DNA of 64,000 bases. It comes from an uncultured delta proteobacterium (lineage in GTDB: Bacteria > Desulfobacterota > Desulfobacteria > Desulfobacterales > B30-G6). Shown here piece by piece: positions 30,483 through 40,705 of the stretch; position 1 is the first letter of the stretch; every line of letters starts with the position of its first letter. A program made the translations under genes and the position numbers. The stretch is taken from the NCBI GenBank assembly GCA_963823335.1, contig CAWGLD010000005.1:256001-320000 (forward strand). Reading direction: 5' to 3'. The notes beneath the pieces were generated by a model, which saw only the letters and a list, made by a program, of their open reading frames with translations, had not been told where the DNA came from and did no database searches.

Positions 30483-30868
30483 AGCCAGGCCAGAATACAG
30501 CAAATATTCTGGTTAGATTTATACTACATTACAAGTTTCATAAAGGAGTTTTCTGCTTGAAAAAATGTAGGCCTATTTAAGATTTGCTCATTCTACCAGA
30601 TTTTGGCGAATTAATACTTTGGTATACGGCAGTGCGGCAGGTCTTAATCTCAATTTGAGGTTTTGACACCTTATTTCCAGATAAAAGGTTTGACATCCGG
30701 CCGTCAAGACGGGTAATAATTGAAAAATATAGGGTGGAAGATGCCTTCGATATCTATCTCACAATCGGATTGCTTTCGATTTGTACCCTGGCGCACATAC
30801 TCCTCTCAAAGATTCAAACACGCTCCAACATCACCAACGAAAACCCTTTCAACTATGGGAGGCTCCAA

Positions 30869-31348
30869 ATGATCAAAACCATCCAATTTACCCTCAACGA
30901 CAAACCCGTTCGTGTCGAAGTCGACACGGAGCGGACACTCCTATGGGTTTTGCGAACTGATCTGGGCCTTACCGGTGCAAAATATGGTTGCGGAGAGGGT
31001 TTGTGCGGTGCTTGCACGGTCCTTTTAGACGACGAGGCGGTTCCCTCGTGTCAAATGTCCGTAGGGTCCGTCGCGGGTGGGAACATAAAAACAATTGAAG
31101 GTCTCGCCAAGAACGGGCAGATGCACCCCATCCAACGGGCCTTTATCAAGCACGATGCCCTTCAATGCGGGTTTTGCACGCCCGGCATGATTCTCAAGGC
31201 CTATAGTCTCCTGGTTTCGAATCCAAAACCGACCCGCGATCAAATCATTTCGGGAATGGACGCCAATCTTTGCCGCTGTGGCACCCATATTCGGATTGTT
31301 CAAGCCATTCAAACCGCATCCGAAGAGCTGAAAGGAGGCAGACCATGA
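30869..31348 (+). CDS. (2Fe-2S)-binding small subunit, IorA/CoxS family
   Basis: GCGEGLCGACTV, QCGFCTPG, NLCRC; RBS ggagg before ATG 30869. Confidence 0.92.
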   Translation: MIKTIQFTLNDKPVRVEVDTERTLLWVLRTDLGLTGAKYGCGEGLCGACTVLLDDEAVPSCQMSVGSVAGGNIKTIEGLAKNGQMHPIQRAFIKHDALQCGFCTPGMILKAYSLLVSNPKPTRDQIISGMDANLCRCGTHIRIVQAIQTASEELKGGRP

Positions 31349-33519
31349 TGACAAAAGAGACCTTCGTGGGAAATGAAATCGGCCAAACTGCCCCTTTCGC
31401 ATCGCTAAGTAGAAGGGAGTTTATAAAACGCATGGGCCTGATGGGCGGTGGCCTCATCGTCTATTGTACCATAGGAGATATAACAGCCCAGGCCCGGGCT
31501 CCGAGAGAGGGCTATGCCGGTAGTAATGTACCCACCGATTTCAACGCTTTTCTGCGAATCGGCATAGATAACCGGGTAACCTGTTTTGTGGGGAAAATTG
31601 AAATGGGCCAAGGCCCCATTACCTCCTTTGCCCAGATGCTGGCCGAAGAGCTTGACGTCGCATATGAGTCGGTGGACATGGTCATGGGGGATACGGACAG
31701 ATGCCCGTGGGACGCGGGAACGTGGGGATCCCTGTCGACCCGCTATTATGGTATCTTCGTGAAAGAAGCCGCCGCAGAGGCCAAAGGGGCCCTGAAGGAA
31801 TTGGCCGCCGAAAGACTTTTATGTCCTGTAACGCGCTTGGTCACGGAGAATGGTATCATATCCGACAGAAAACATCCTATGTCCCGAGTGACCTACGGAG
31901 AGCTGACTACCGGGAAAATCATTGAACGGCATTTGAAAGAGCTGCCCCCTCTTAAGCCTGCATCCGAATATATCATCAGTGGCAAGTCCTATTTGCGAAG
32001 GGATGCATTAGACAAAGTTACCGGCCGGGCACAGTACACAGCGGATATTCGTCTTCCGGGGATGGTCTATGCCAGGATTTTGAGGCCACCCGCTCATGGT
32101 GCAAAACTGCTGAACGTGGATACCTCCGCCGCGGAAAGGATGAAGGATGTCCAGGTCGTTCACGATGGTGATTTGATAGCCGTTCTACACCCGCATCCGG
32201 ACGGTGCCGAAAAAGCTCTTGTCAGTATTAAGGCCGATTTTGACCTACCAGATACGGGTATCAACGACGAAACCATTTTCAACCACCTTCTCGAAAATGC
32301 TCCGGAACCGGTGGTCGCGTCCGAAGCAGGCAATCTCAAAGTAGGCGAAAAAAAGGCCGTTTCGATTGTCGAGGAGACTTACCTGAATAGCTATGTAGCA
32401 CATGCGCCCATGGAACCCCATGCAGCCTTGGCCTCTGTAGATGGAAACAAAGCATCGGTGTGGGCCTCGACGCAGACGCCCTTCGGTGTTCAAAGACTCG
32501 TTGCAAAAACGCTGGGCTTGCCAGTGGAAAACGTTCGCGTCATTACACCTTTCGTGGGAGGAGGATTCGGAGGTAAGTCGGCATCTTCCCAGGCCGCAGA
32601 AGCGGCGCGGCTTGCCAAACTTTCTGGTAAACCCGTCATGGTTATCTGGACACGGGAAGAGGAGTTTTTTTTCGATACTTTTCGGCCGGCCGCAGTGGTT
32701 AAAATTCGATCCGGCATTGACGACACAGGTCGCATGTCGTTTTGGGACTACCTTGTGTATTTTGCCGGCCAAAGAGGCTGCCAAAACTTTTACGAAATTC
32801 CCCATCATCGTGAAGCAGTTTACGGAGAATGGCGAATTGAATCGGGCATTCATCCCTTTGCAGTCGGTCCTTGGCGTGCCCCCGCTGCAAATACGAACAT
32901 CTATGCTAGGGATCTACAGATGAATATCATGGCATCCATGGCAGGAAAAGATCCCTTGGAGTTTCGCCTGAGCCATCTGAAAGACAAACGAATGCGCGGG
33001 GTTCTCGAAGCGGCCGCAAAACAATTCGGCTGGACACCATCAAAAACACCCAGCGGCCGTGGCTACGGGATATCCTGCGGCATCGATGCAGAGACATACG
33101 TAGCTTCCATGGCAGAGGTCGAAGTGGACCGCAGCAGCGGAATGATCAATGTGAAGCGGGTCGTTTGCGCACAGGATATGGGCCAGGTAGTTAATCCGCA
33201 GGGGGCTACCATACAGATGGAAGGCTGTATTACCATGGGACTGGGCTATGCCTTGAGAGAAGAAATTCACTTCAGCAATGGCCGACTTCTCGATGTCAAT
33301 TTCGACACCTATGCCATTCCGCAATTTTCATGGCTTCCCTTAATCGAAACCGTGATCGTGCCGAATCCGACCCTGGGGCCCAAAGGAGGTGGTGAGCCAG
33401 CCATTGTCTGCATGGGCGGCGTACTGGCCACGGCGGTGTACGATGCAACGGGGGCCAAAGTACTTCAGCTTCCCATGACACCACAACGTGTCAAAAGAGC
33501 CCTGAACAAAACGGGCTAA
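31345..33519 (+). CDS. Molybdopterin-binding large subunit, IorB/xanthine oxidase family, Tat-exported
   Basis: SRREFIK twin-arginine signal, EMGQG, AHAPMEP, GGGFGGK, GGGEP. Confidence 0.9.
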   Translation: MMTKETFVGNEIGQTAPFASLSRREFIKRMGLMGGGLIVYCTIGDITAQARAPREGYAGSNVPTDFNAFLRIGIDNRVTCFVGKIEMGQGPITSFAQMLAEELDVAYESVDMVMGDTDRCPWDAGTWGSLSTRYYGIFVKEAAAEAKGALKELAAERLLCPVTRLVTENGIISDRKHPMSRVTYGELTTGKIIERHLKELPPLKPASEYIISGKSYLRRDALDKVTGRAQYTADIRLPGMVYARILRPPAHGAKLLNVDTSAAERMKDVQVVHDGDLIAVLHPHPDGAEKALVSIKADFDLPDTGINDETIFNHLLENAPEPVVASEAGNLKVGEKKAVSIVEETYLNSYVAHAPMEPHAALASVDGNKASVWASTQTPFGVQRLVAKTLGLPVENVRVITPFVGGGFGGKSASSQAAEAARLAKLSGKPVMVIWTREEEFFFDTFRPAAVVKIRSGIDDTGRMSFWDYLVYFAGQRGCQNFYEIPHHREAVYGEWRIESGIHPFAVGPWRAPAANTNIYARDLQMNIMASMAGKDPLEFRLSHLKDKRMRGVLEAAAKQFGWTPSKTPSGRGYGISCGIDAETYVASMAEVEVDRSSGMINVKRVVCAQDMGQVVNPQGATIQMEGCITMGLGYALREEIHFSNGRLLDVNFDTYAIPQFSWLPLIETVIVPNPTLGPKGGGEPAIVCMGGVLATAVYDATGAKVLQLPMTPQRVKRALNKTG

Positions 33520-33673
33520 CGGATGCAGATATCATGCATGATATCTGCACGGGCCCAATTATTCAGATTGTTGTGTTTTCATGGTATCGTCCACACACAA
33601 ATTTAAGAGACCCCAAGTAAGATTATCATAGAAGCTTTTGATTATTGACTGATTCAGGAAAGTGAAGATTTGA

Positions 33674-33955
33674 TCAAGATTGGTGATAACCCACGATTGA
33701 AGATACTGTAACAGAGTTTCGGACTGCACCAGTCTTCAACAGGCGCATCAGGCTTTTAGGGGATTTAGCTGCTACTGTACCAAGGGCATCAAAACCGATA
33801 GTGGCGTTAATATAATCGCGCAAGATAGCTTTTCCGGTATCCATATCACCGACCAGAAGGCATTCAATTCCTTGCATAAGTAGTTCTTCCCGAAATATCG
33901 GATCGCGTTCAATCCGGTTTTTAACAGTTTCTTTAAAATTTCTTGTAAGTGCCAT
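33674..33955 (-). pseudogene. Truncated addiction-module antitoxin/transcriptional regulator, no toxin partner
   Basis: MALTRNFKETVKNRIERDPIFREELL...GKAILRDYINATIGF...KSPKSLMRL, then sequence that looks unrelated to the family C-terminus. Confidence 0.65.
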
Positions 33956-34017
33956 TTCAAAACCTCTATGTAACGTCATTTCCAAAGAGATTACTTCCTG
34001 AAAAACACTGAGCAATA

Positions 34018-34767
34018 TTATTTCCGGTTGATGATGGCGGCCATATACCCCGCCCCGAAGCCATTGTCGATGTTGACGACAGCTACGTTTGAACTGCAAC
34101 TGTTCAACATGGCAAAAAGCGCTGTCAGGCCTCCGAGACTCGCGCCGTAGCCGATACTGGTGGGTACGGCAATTACCGGCCGACACACCATCCCGGCCAC
34201 CACGCTGGGAAGTGCTCCCTCCATGCCGGCAACGACGATGATAACCGCGGCTTTTTCGATGAGGTCCTGGTGGGCGAAAAGTCGATGGATGCCGGCCACA
34301 CCTACATCATAAATTGATTTGACCTTGTTTCCCATAGCCTGGGCTGTCAGGTGGGCTTCCCTGGCAACGGGGATATCGGATGTGCCTGCCGATATGACCA
34401 ATATCTCACCTTTGGCGCTGGATGAGGGCTTTTGTTTCCCCAGGAGAATCATTCTGGCCTCCAGGTCATATATGGCGTCCGTAAAAATGGGCATGATTTT
34501 GGCCGCTTTTTCCGCATCGACCCGGGTGACCAGGATCACGGACTCCTGCGGGATCATCCTTTCCATGATGCCGATGATCTGTGGGGCTGTTTTTCCGAGA
34601 CCGAAAATGACTTCCGGAAAACCTTTGCGAAGGGATCGGTGGTGATCGATATGTGCAAAATCGATATCTTCGTAGGGGAGTTTCTTGATTAAATCCGATG
34701 CCTCTTCAATGGAAGTCTTCCCATTAGCTACGGCATGTAACAGCTGATTGAGTCTTTCCTGATCCAT
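34018..34767 (-). CDS. larB: Nickel-pincer cofactor biosynthesis protein LarB (PurE-like)
   Basis: DHHRSLRKGFPEVIFG, AGTSDIPVA, DVGVAGIHRL, AGMEGALPS, VNIDNGFGA. Confidence 0.93.
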   Translation of the reverse strand: MDQERLNQLLHAVANGKTSIEEASDLIKKLPYEDIDFAHIDHHRSLRKGFPEVIFGLGKTAPQIIGIMERMIPQESVILVTRVDAEKAAKIMPIFTDAIYDLEARMILLGKQKPSSSAKGEILVISAGTSDIPVAREAHLTAQAMGNKVKSIYDVGVAGIHRLFAHQDLIEKAAVIIVVAGMEGALPSVVAGMVCRPVIAVPTSIGYGASLGGLTALFAMLNSCSSNVAVVNIDNGFGAGYMAAIINRK

Positions 34768-34851
34768 AATTTATTACGTATCGAAAACCTGGTCTTCTGG
34801 GCCAGGTCAGAGAAGTTTGGCTGTGCCGATGTCGTTAGTTACTTAAATATT

Positions 34852-34897
34852 AATAAGCGACAACGTCGCGTCAAATAAAATCGTGCAACGATTTTAT
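34852..34897. repeat. Two-hairpin element, copy 3
   Basis: gcgac-aac-gtcgc gtcaa ataaaatcgt-gca-acgattttat. Confidence 0.75.
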
Positions 34898-35796
34898 TAT
34901 TCAATGGTCTGTTCCACAATATCGCCAGATTCACTGGTGGCAGGTTTGTTTTTTTCACTTTCAGACACCGGAGCTTGTGAAACCGGCGGTGGCGGTTGCG
35001 TGGCGGGTGCAACGCCGGATGAGCCGCTATTGCTTTTCTGAAGATTTTTCATCTCTTTCCTAATGGTCTGAATTTCTTTTTCCAAGAGGGCTGTTTTATC
35101 TAAAAGTGATTGTCGATACCCGATTTCCTTAAGTTTGAGTGCCAGTTCGAGGTCGTCCTTATCGATGGCTTTCTCACTGAACATCTCAAGTTCTTTTCTG
35201 ATGGTATTGGTACGGATATCGATCTCCGCCATTTTTTCAGACAACATCCTTAAATTGTTAGACATCTGCCGTGATTCATCAACGATCTGGTCATTCACCA
35301 ATGCAAGCGCTTCAATTTCGGGCTTCAAACTCTGTGGAATTTCGGCAATTTTGCTCGTCAAGGTTTTGGTAACACGGCTCAATTCATCCCGGTTAATTGA
35401 CGAATCGCTTATCTGGGTCATTGACTCCTGAAGTTTGGTGATCCTGGATTTCAAAAAAGCAGCAGATTTTTCAAGTTCCGGAAGTTTTTTAGCCTGGATG
35501 TCATTTATCTTTGCCTGTTCGAGGGAAAGGGAGGAAAATTTTGATGCGAGATCCTTGGAAAGCTTTTGTACACCAATGGCCCCGGTGTCATAAGATCGCG
35601 TAACCCTGTCCTTGATATCGAGATAGGTGATAACCAGGATGACCCCGATCATGCAAGGGATGAGAATGGTCAACAGGGTTACCCGATGGCCGAGTTTTTC
35701 AATTTTGAGTTCTCGAAGCTCATCCTGGTGAATGGTCTCGGGCTCATCCTCGTCCGCGCTGAATTGAAATCTGGAATTGTCATTTTTTTCGATCAT
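34897..35796 (-). CDS. Hypothetical membrane-anchored coiled-coil protein
   Basis: Single TM helix, long heptad-rich region, Pro/Ser tail; follows guaA. Confidence 0.75.
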   Translation of the reverse strand: MIEKNDNSRFQFSADEDEPETIHQDELRELKIEKLGHRVTLLTILIPCMIGVILVITYLDIKDRVTRSYDTGAIGVQKLSKDLASKFSSLSLEQAKINDIQAKKLPELEKSAAFLKSRITKLQESMTQISDSSINRDELSRVTKTLTSKIAEIPQSLKPEIEALALVNDQIVDESRQMSNNLRMLSEKMAEIDIRTNTIRKELEMFSEKAIDKDDLELALKLKEIGYRQSLLDKTALLEKEIQTIRKEMKNLQKSNSGSSGVAPATQPPPPVSQAPVSESEKNKPATSESGDIVEQTIE

Positions 35797-35799
35797 TGC

Positions 35800-37329
35800 T
35801 TATTCCCATTCTATTGTGCTCGGCGGTTTCGAGCTGATATCGTACACAACCCGGTTGACGCCACGAACTTCGTTGATAATCCGATTCGATATTTTTCCTA
35901 AAAATGCGTGGGGTAATCTGGCCCAGTCTGCAGTCATGGCATCTTTGCTGGTAACTGCGCGGATTGCCACAATATGCTCATATGTGCGGCTGTCCCCCAT
36001 GATACCGACACTTTTCAGGGGTAATAGTACGGCAAAGGATTGCCATACTTTTTTATAATAACCACCCGCCCGAATCTCTTCAAGCAGGACAGCATCTACT
36101 TCCCTGAGAATGGCGAGCCTCTGTTGTGTTATTTCACCGATGATCCGGATGGCGAGGCCCGGACCTGGGAACGGCTGGCGCCAGGTGAGATCTTCGGGGA
36201 GGCCGATTGCCTTACCGAGAGCCCGGACTTCATCCTTGAAGAGAAACTTCAGTGGTTCCACGAGTTTGAGCTTCATTTTCTTGGGAAGACCACCCACGTT
36301 GTGATGGGATTTTATGACCGAAGTGGGACCGCCAAAGGCGGATACCGATTCGATAACATCGGGATAGAGGGTTCCCTGAGCCAGGAATTCAGCTCCTTTT
36401 ATTTTTCGGGCCTGATCTTCGAATACTTCCATGAAGACCCTGCCGATAATTTTTCTCTTTTTCTCCGGATCTGAGACCCGGGCCAGGGCTTTCAGAAATT
36501 TTGATTTGGCGCTCACAAATTTGATGTTGATATTTAAATGTTGCTTAAGGCGCTGCTTGAGTTGAGATGTCTCGTTTTTTCGCAGCAGCCCGTTGTCTAC
36601 AAAGATACAGGTCAAATTTTTGCCCACCGCTTTGTGAATCAAAAGGGCCGTGACCGAGGAATCGACTCCGCCGCTCAAACCAAGGATGACTTTCTGGTTT
36701 CCGATCTGTTGCCTGATTTCTGTGATTGATGATTTTGCAAAAGATTTCATGGTCCATGACCGTCGGCAGCCACATATATCAAAAAGAAAATGCTGGAGCA
36801 TCAACTTGCCTTTGGGTGTGTGCTCTACCTCAGGATGGAATTGGAAACCATACAAACGCTTGCGATAATGTTGAGCTGCGGCAATGGGTGTGTTGCTGGT
36901 GGCGGCCGTCGCAACGAACCCTGTGGGGAGCTTCTGAATCGAGTCCCCGTGGCTCATCCATGTCTGGGTCTTGCTGTCCATGTCTTTAAAGAGCCCTGTC
37001 TGCTTTTTAATGGTCAGTTCGGCAAAACCATATTCCCGTTTCCGGGAACTGTTCACAACCCCTCCAAGAGCATCCACCATGAACTGCATGCCGTAACAGA
37101 TGCCCAGTACGGGGATCTTCAGATTGAAAATATTTGTATCGATACGGGGGCTGTTTTCTTCATAGATACTTGAAGGCCCCCCGGATAAAATGATGCCTTC
37201 AGGTTTCATGGCCCTGATATCATTGATGGAAATTCTGGGCGATTCAATCTGGCAGTACACATGGCACTCCCTGACCCGGCGTGCGATCAACTGATTGAAC
37301 TGTGACCCGAAATCGATGATCAGTATCAT
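35800..37329 (-). CDS. guaA: GMP synthase (glutamine-hydrolysing)
   Basis: DFGSQF, GICYGMQ, QFHPEV, SGGVDS, IKSHHNVGGLP, KPPSTIEWE. Confidence 0.98.
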   Translation of the reverse strand: MILIIDFGSQFNQLIARRVRECHVYCQIESPRISINDIRAMKPEGIILSGGPSSIYEENSPRIDTNIFNLKIPVLGICYGMQFMVDALGGVVNSSRKREYGFAELTIKKQTGLFKDMDSKTQTWMSHGDSIQKLPTGFVATAATSNTPIAAAQHYRKRLYGFQFHPEVEHTPKGKLMLQHFLFDICGCRRSWTMKSFAKSSITEIRQQIGNQKVILGLSGGVDSSVTALLIHKAVGKNLTCIFVDNGLLRKNETSQLKQRLKQHLNINIKFVSAKSKFLKALARVSDPEKKRKIIGRVFMEVFEDQARKIKGAEFLAQGTLYPDVIESVSAFGGPTSVIKSHHNVGGLPKKMKLKLVEPLKFLFKDEVRALGKAIGLPEDLTWRQPFPGPGLAIRIIGEITQQRLAILREVDAVLLEEIRAGGYYKKVWQSFAVLLPLKSVGIMGDSRTYEHIVAIRAVTSKDAMTADWARLPHAFLGKISNRIINEVRGVNRVVYDISSKPPSTIEWE

Positions 37330-37415
37330 GGGTATTCCCTTTTATAGGTTTGCGAAATCATGGTGAATATGTTAGAGACGGCTACAAAAGTCAACTATTT
37401 TTAGAAGATTCAGGT

Positions 37416-37475
37416 ATAAGCCATAAGCGGTGAGCTGCTTAACAGCCTACAGCTTAACGCTTATGGCTTATTGCT
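37416..37475. repeat. Degenerate heptamer inverted-repeat element
   Basis: ataagccataagcggtgagctg...cagcttaacgcttatggcttat. Confidence 0.7.
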
Positions 37476-37499
37476 TATCCAAATATAGAGAGGTGACCC

Positions 37500-38063
37500 A
37501 TGATAGAAAGCGGTGATTTGAGAAAGGGTCTGAAGTTAGAAATTGACGGAGAACCCTTTGTGATTGTCCAGTTCGAGTTTGTAAAACCCGGCAAAGGACA
37601 GTCGCTGTATAAATGCAAATTAAAAAACCTGTTAACCGGTGTTCAATTCGACAGGACATTTCGATCGGGAGATAAATTCAACGAAGCCGGTTTGGAAGAA
37701 CATGAGATGGAGTATCTCTATTTCGACGGCGAAAGCTACTGCTTCATGAATACATCTACATACGAGCAAGAATTCATGAATGTGGAACAGATCGGGGATT
37801 TAAAGAATTTTTTAAAAGAGAACACGACCGTCAACATGCTGTTCTATGAGAGGCGGCCCATTGATCTTACATTGCCGAATTTTGTCGAGTTGACCATTAC
37901 GCAAGCCGATCCCTGGGCAAAAGGGGACACGGCTTCGGGTGATTCAAAACCGGCGACAGTGGAAACGGGCTATGTGCTTCAGGTGCCGCCTTTTGTCGAG
38001 GAAGGGGAGGCCGTCAAGATCGATACCAGGACAGGGCAATATGTGGAGAGGGTGAAGCAATAA
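37500..38063 (+). CDS. efp: Elongation factor P
   Basis: KPGKG, KGDTASG, KPATVETG, VPPFVEEGE, IDTRTGQY. Confidence 0.97.
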   Translation: MIESGDLRKGLKLEIDGEPFVIVQFEFVKPGKGQSLYKCKLKNLLTGVQFDRTFRSGDKFNEAGLEEHEMEYLYFDGESYCFMNTSTYEQEFMNVEQIGDLKNFLKENTTVNMLFYERRPIDLTLPNFVELTITQADPWAKGDTASGDSKPATVETGYVLQVPPFVEEGEAVKIDTRTGQYVERVKQ

Positions 38064-38123
38064 GCCCATTAGGCTGAAGACTGTTAGACTATTAGGTGTC
38101 TAAAGCCTACAGTCTAATAGCCT
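38061..38123. repeat. Degenerate 7-8-mer inverted-repeat element between convergent genes
   Basis: taggctgaagactgttagactattagg...ctacagtctaatagccta. Confidence 0.7.
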
Positions 38124-38134
38124 ATTTGCCTGTA

Positions 38135-39376
38135 CTATGAAATGTCCGCATATCGGTTTTGAATAGATTTCAGGATGCTGAGTCTGGAGAAGAATATTTC
38201 GATCAGTTCAGGATCGAACTGAGCACCCGATTCTTTTTCAATGGTTGTGAGAACGTCACTTTCATCCCAGGCTTCTTTGTAGACTCTTTTAGAGGAAAGG
38301 GCATCATACACATCCGCCAGGGCGACAATTCTGCCGAAGATAGGGATTTCATTCCCTTTTTTCCCCATGGGTTTCCCCTCGGGGGTCATACGTTCAGCCA
38401 GAGACTCGCCTGTCATCACATCAATATGGCCCGGGTATCCATGGCCATCCCAGCGTTCATGGTGGCTCAGGGCAACATCGAAGGCAGCCTCATCAAAATC
38501 TGACTGGGTGTTGAGAAATAACCGGGCTCCTAGAAAGGTATGCTGTTTCATGGTTTCGAATTCATCCTCATTAAAACGACTCGGTTTATTGAGGATGACG
38601 TCGGGAATGGCAACTTTCCCTACATCGTGCAACATGGCGGCCATACGGAGGCTATCCCGGTTCCGGTCAAATTCTTCTTTGGGCAGATTGTGTTTTCGCG
38701 CCCACTGTTCGTAAATTTCGATGGAATAACCACCCACACGGTTGACATGTGGTCCGGTTTCCTTCGGGTCCCGCATTTCAGACATGCGGATCATGCGAAG
38801 CAAAATAGATCGTGTCATCTGGGCGCGTTCTAGCGCCACGGCAGCTGTACTGGCAAAATGGAGCATGCATTTTTCATCGCTATCCGAAAATGGAATAATA
38901 TTTTTGTTTTCATCCTGAGCGTTGATAATCTGCAGAATGCCGAGAATATCCCCCCTGCGTGTTTTCAACGGAACAGTGATAACGGACCTGGTTTGGTAAC
39001 CTGACTCCTCATCAAATTGTTTCCCAAAATGGTAGGGCGCTGTTGGTTCAATCTCATAAACATTCGGGATGTTGAGAAGCTGACCTGTGGTAGCCACATA
39101 CCCGGAGATGCTTTCTTTGTTTATGGGCAGGGTAAACGTGGCGTAAATGAGTTTCCCGCCTTTGGGGAGGCGTTCCTGCAGGGTATCGTTCTGGGTATAG
39201 GTGAATTGAAGTGTATTCTCATCCGTGTTTCTGATATAGATAGAGCCGGCATCCGCGTTTACAAAACTTCTGGCGCATTCCAAGACACGCTCCATCAGAA
39301 TGTCAAGATCACGGACCTGATTCAGTTCAATTCCCAGGTAGGTCAGCTTGTCAAGTTTCTCTTTTTCACTGAGCAT
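38135..39376 (-). CDS. GAF + HD-GYP cyclic di-nucleotide phosphodiesterase
   Basis: N-terminal GAF; RDPKETGPHVNRV, LHDVGK, HHERWDGHGYPG, ADVYDAL. Confidence 0.9.
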   Translation of the reverse strand: MLSEKEKLDKLTYLGIELNQVRDLDILMERVLECARSFVNADAGSIYIRNTDENTLQFTYTQNDTLQERLPKGGKLIYATFTLPINKESISGYVATTGQLLNIPNVYEIEPTAPYHFGKQFDEESGYQTRSVITVPLKTRRGDILGILQIINAQDENKNIIPFSDSDEKCMLHFASTAAVALERAQMTRSILLRMIRMSEMRDPKETGPHVNRVGGYSIEIYEQWARKHNLPKEEFDRNRDSLRMAAMLHDVGKVAIPDVILNKPSRFNEDEFETMKQHTFLGARLFLNTQSDFDEAAFDVALSHHERWDGHGYPGHIDVMTGESLAERMTPEGKPMGKKGNEIPIFGRIVALADVYDALSSKRVYKEAWDESDVLTTIEKESGAQFDPELIEIFFSRLSILKSIQNRYADIS

Positions 39377-39484
39377 GGGGTCTCCCCTCAATCAGTATCC
39401 GTAACCCGGGTCTGTCTGTGTAATCAGGCTATTTTAGGGTATGACGATAGGAAAGTCCAGTCTGTGTGTCGACAGAGAGTTCCA

Positions 39485-40705
39485 CTAGGTGTGGTTTTTA
39501 ACGAGATACTTACTGATCCGGTTGCCTTCTCTTCTTTCTATGACAATGGTGAAGTTGGCAATGGTGAATTCTTCTTTTTCCTTGGGTATTTTACCGATGG
39601 TGTCCAGTACATAACCGGAGAAGGTGTCGTAGGCTGTGGTGTCCGGGATATTCATTCCGGTGGCTTCGTTGACATCTTCGATGTCTGACTTTCCGAGGAT
39701 CATCCATTCACCTTTTTTCAGAGGGATAATATGTTTTTCATCCTTATCGGTTTCGTCTTCGATTTCTCCGACGAGTTCCTCCAGCGCATCTTCCAGTGAA
39801 ATCAGGCCGGACACACCCCCGTGCTCATCTACGACGATGGCCATATGATTTTTTGCTTTTTTAAACTGATGCAGCAGGGTGTCCAGTTTTTTGTTTTCCG
39901 GGATGAAATAGGGTGTCCGCATGATTTTTCGAACATCCATCTGTGGTTCACCCGTGGCCATGTGCATGAAGAGATCTTTGATATTCAGAATGCCGATTAC
40001 ATGGTCGATGGAGCCTTCTATCAACGGAATTCTCGAAAATCCGGAATTGAGGATCGATTTCATGTCCAGCGGCTGGTCTGCATCCACCACAAACATATCG
40101 GCTCTGGGAGTCATGATTTCATAGGCATTGGTATCGTCAAACTCGAAGATGTTGTGAATCAGCTCTTTTTCCTCCTCTTTGATCTCCCCTTCTTCTTCCA
40201 CCACTTCCACGAAGGTTATCAGCTCTTCTTCGGTGACGGTGCTCGGTTTTTTTATGCGACCGGTGAGCCAGGGGATGAAATTGAGAAACTTGATTACAGG
40301 GAAAAAGAGCAGCGACAGCCAGTATACCGGATAGATGGCCATTCTGGCGATGAGAAGATTATTCCTGGTTGCAATGGATTTGGGAAAAACTTCGCCGAAA
40401 ACCAGAAGCAGGAAGGTCATGCCACCGGTGGCGACACCCACGCCGAAACTCGGAAAAGTTTTAATGGCAAGGGTGGTGGCCAGGGCTGCCGCACCGACAT
40501 TGACCAGGTTGTTTCCGATTAAAATGGTTGTCAGAAGCGTATGGGGGTCTGCCTTCAATTTCTTGATCAGATGGGAGGTTTTCTTACCATCTTTGGATAT
40601 GTGAATGGCCTTGGTTTTGCTGATGGAAAAGAGCGCTGTTTCGGCCGACGAAAAAAAACCGGACACGAGGACCAACAGCAATAGGATTAACAACTGATCT
40701 GTCAT
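39485..40705 (-). CDS. CNNM/HlyC-CorC family membrane protein (DUF21 + CBS pair + CorC)
   Basis: FFSSAETA, ILIGNNLVN, FGEVFPKS, IMTPR, VVDEHGG, EDALEELVGEI. Confidence 0.92.
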   Translation of the reverse strand: MTDQLLILLLLVLVSGFFSSAETALFSISKTKAIHISKDGKKTSHLIKKLKADPHTLLTTILIGNNLVNVGAAALATTLAIKTFPSFGVGVATGGMTFLLLVFGEVFPKSIATRNNLLIARMAIYPVYWLSLLFFPVIKFLNFIPWLTGRIKKPSTVTEEELITFVEVVEEEGEIKEEEKELIHNIFEFDDTNAYEIMTPRADMFVVDADQPLDMKSILNSGFSRIPLIEGSIDHVIGILNIKDLFMHMATGEPQMDVRKIMRTPYFIPENKKLDTLLHQFKKAKNHMAIVVDEHGGVSGLISLEDALEELVGEIEDETDKDEKHIIPLKKGEWMILGKSDIEDVNEATGMNIPDTTAYDTFSGYVLDTIGKIPKEKEEFTIANFTIVIERREGNRISKYLVKNHT

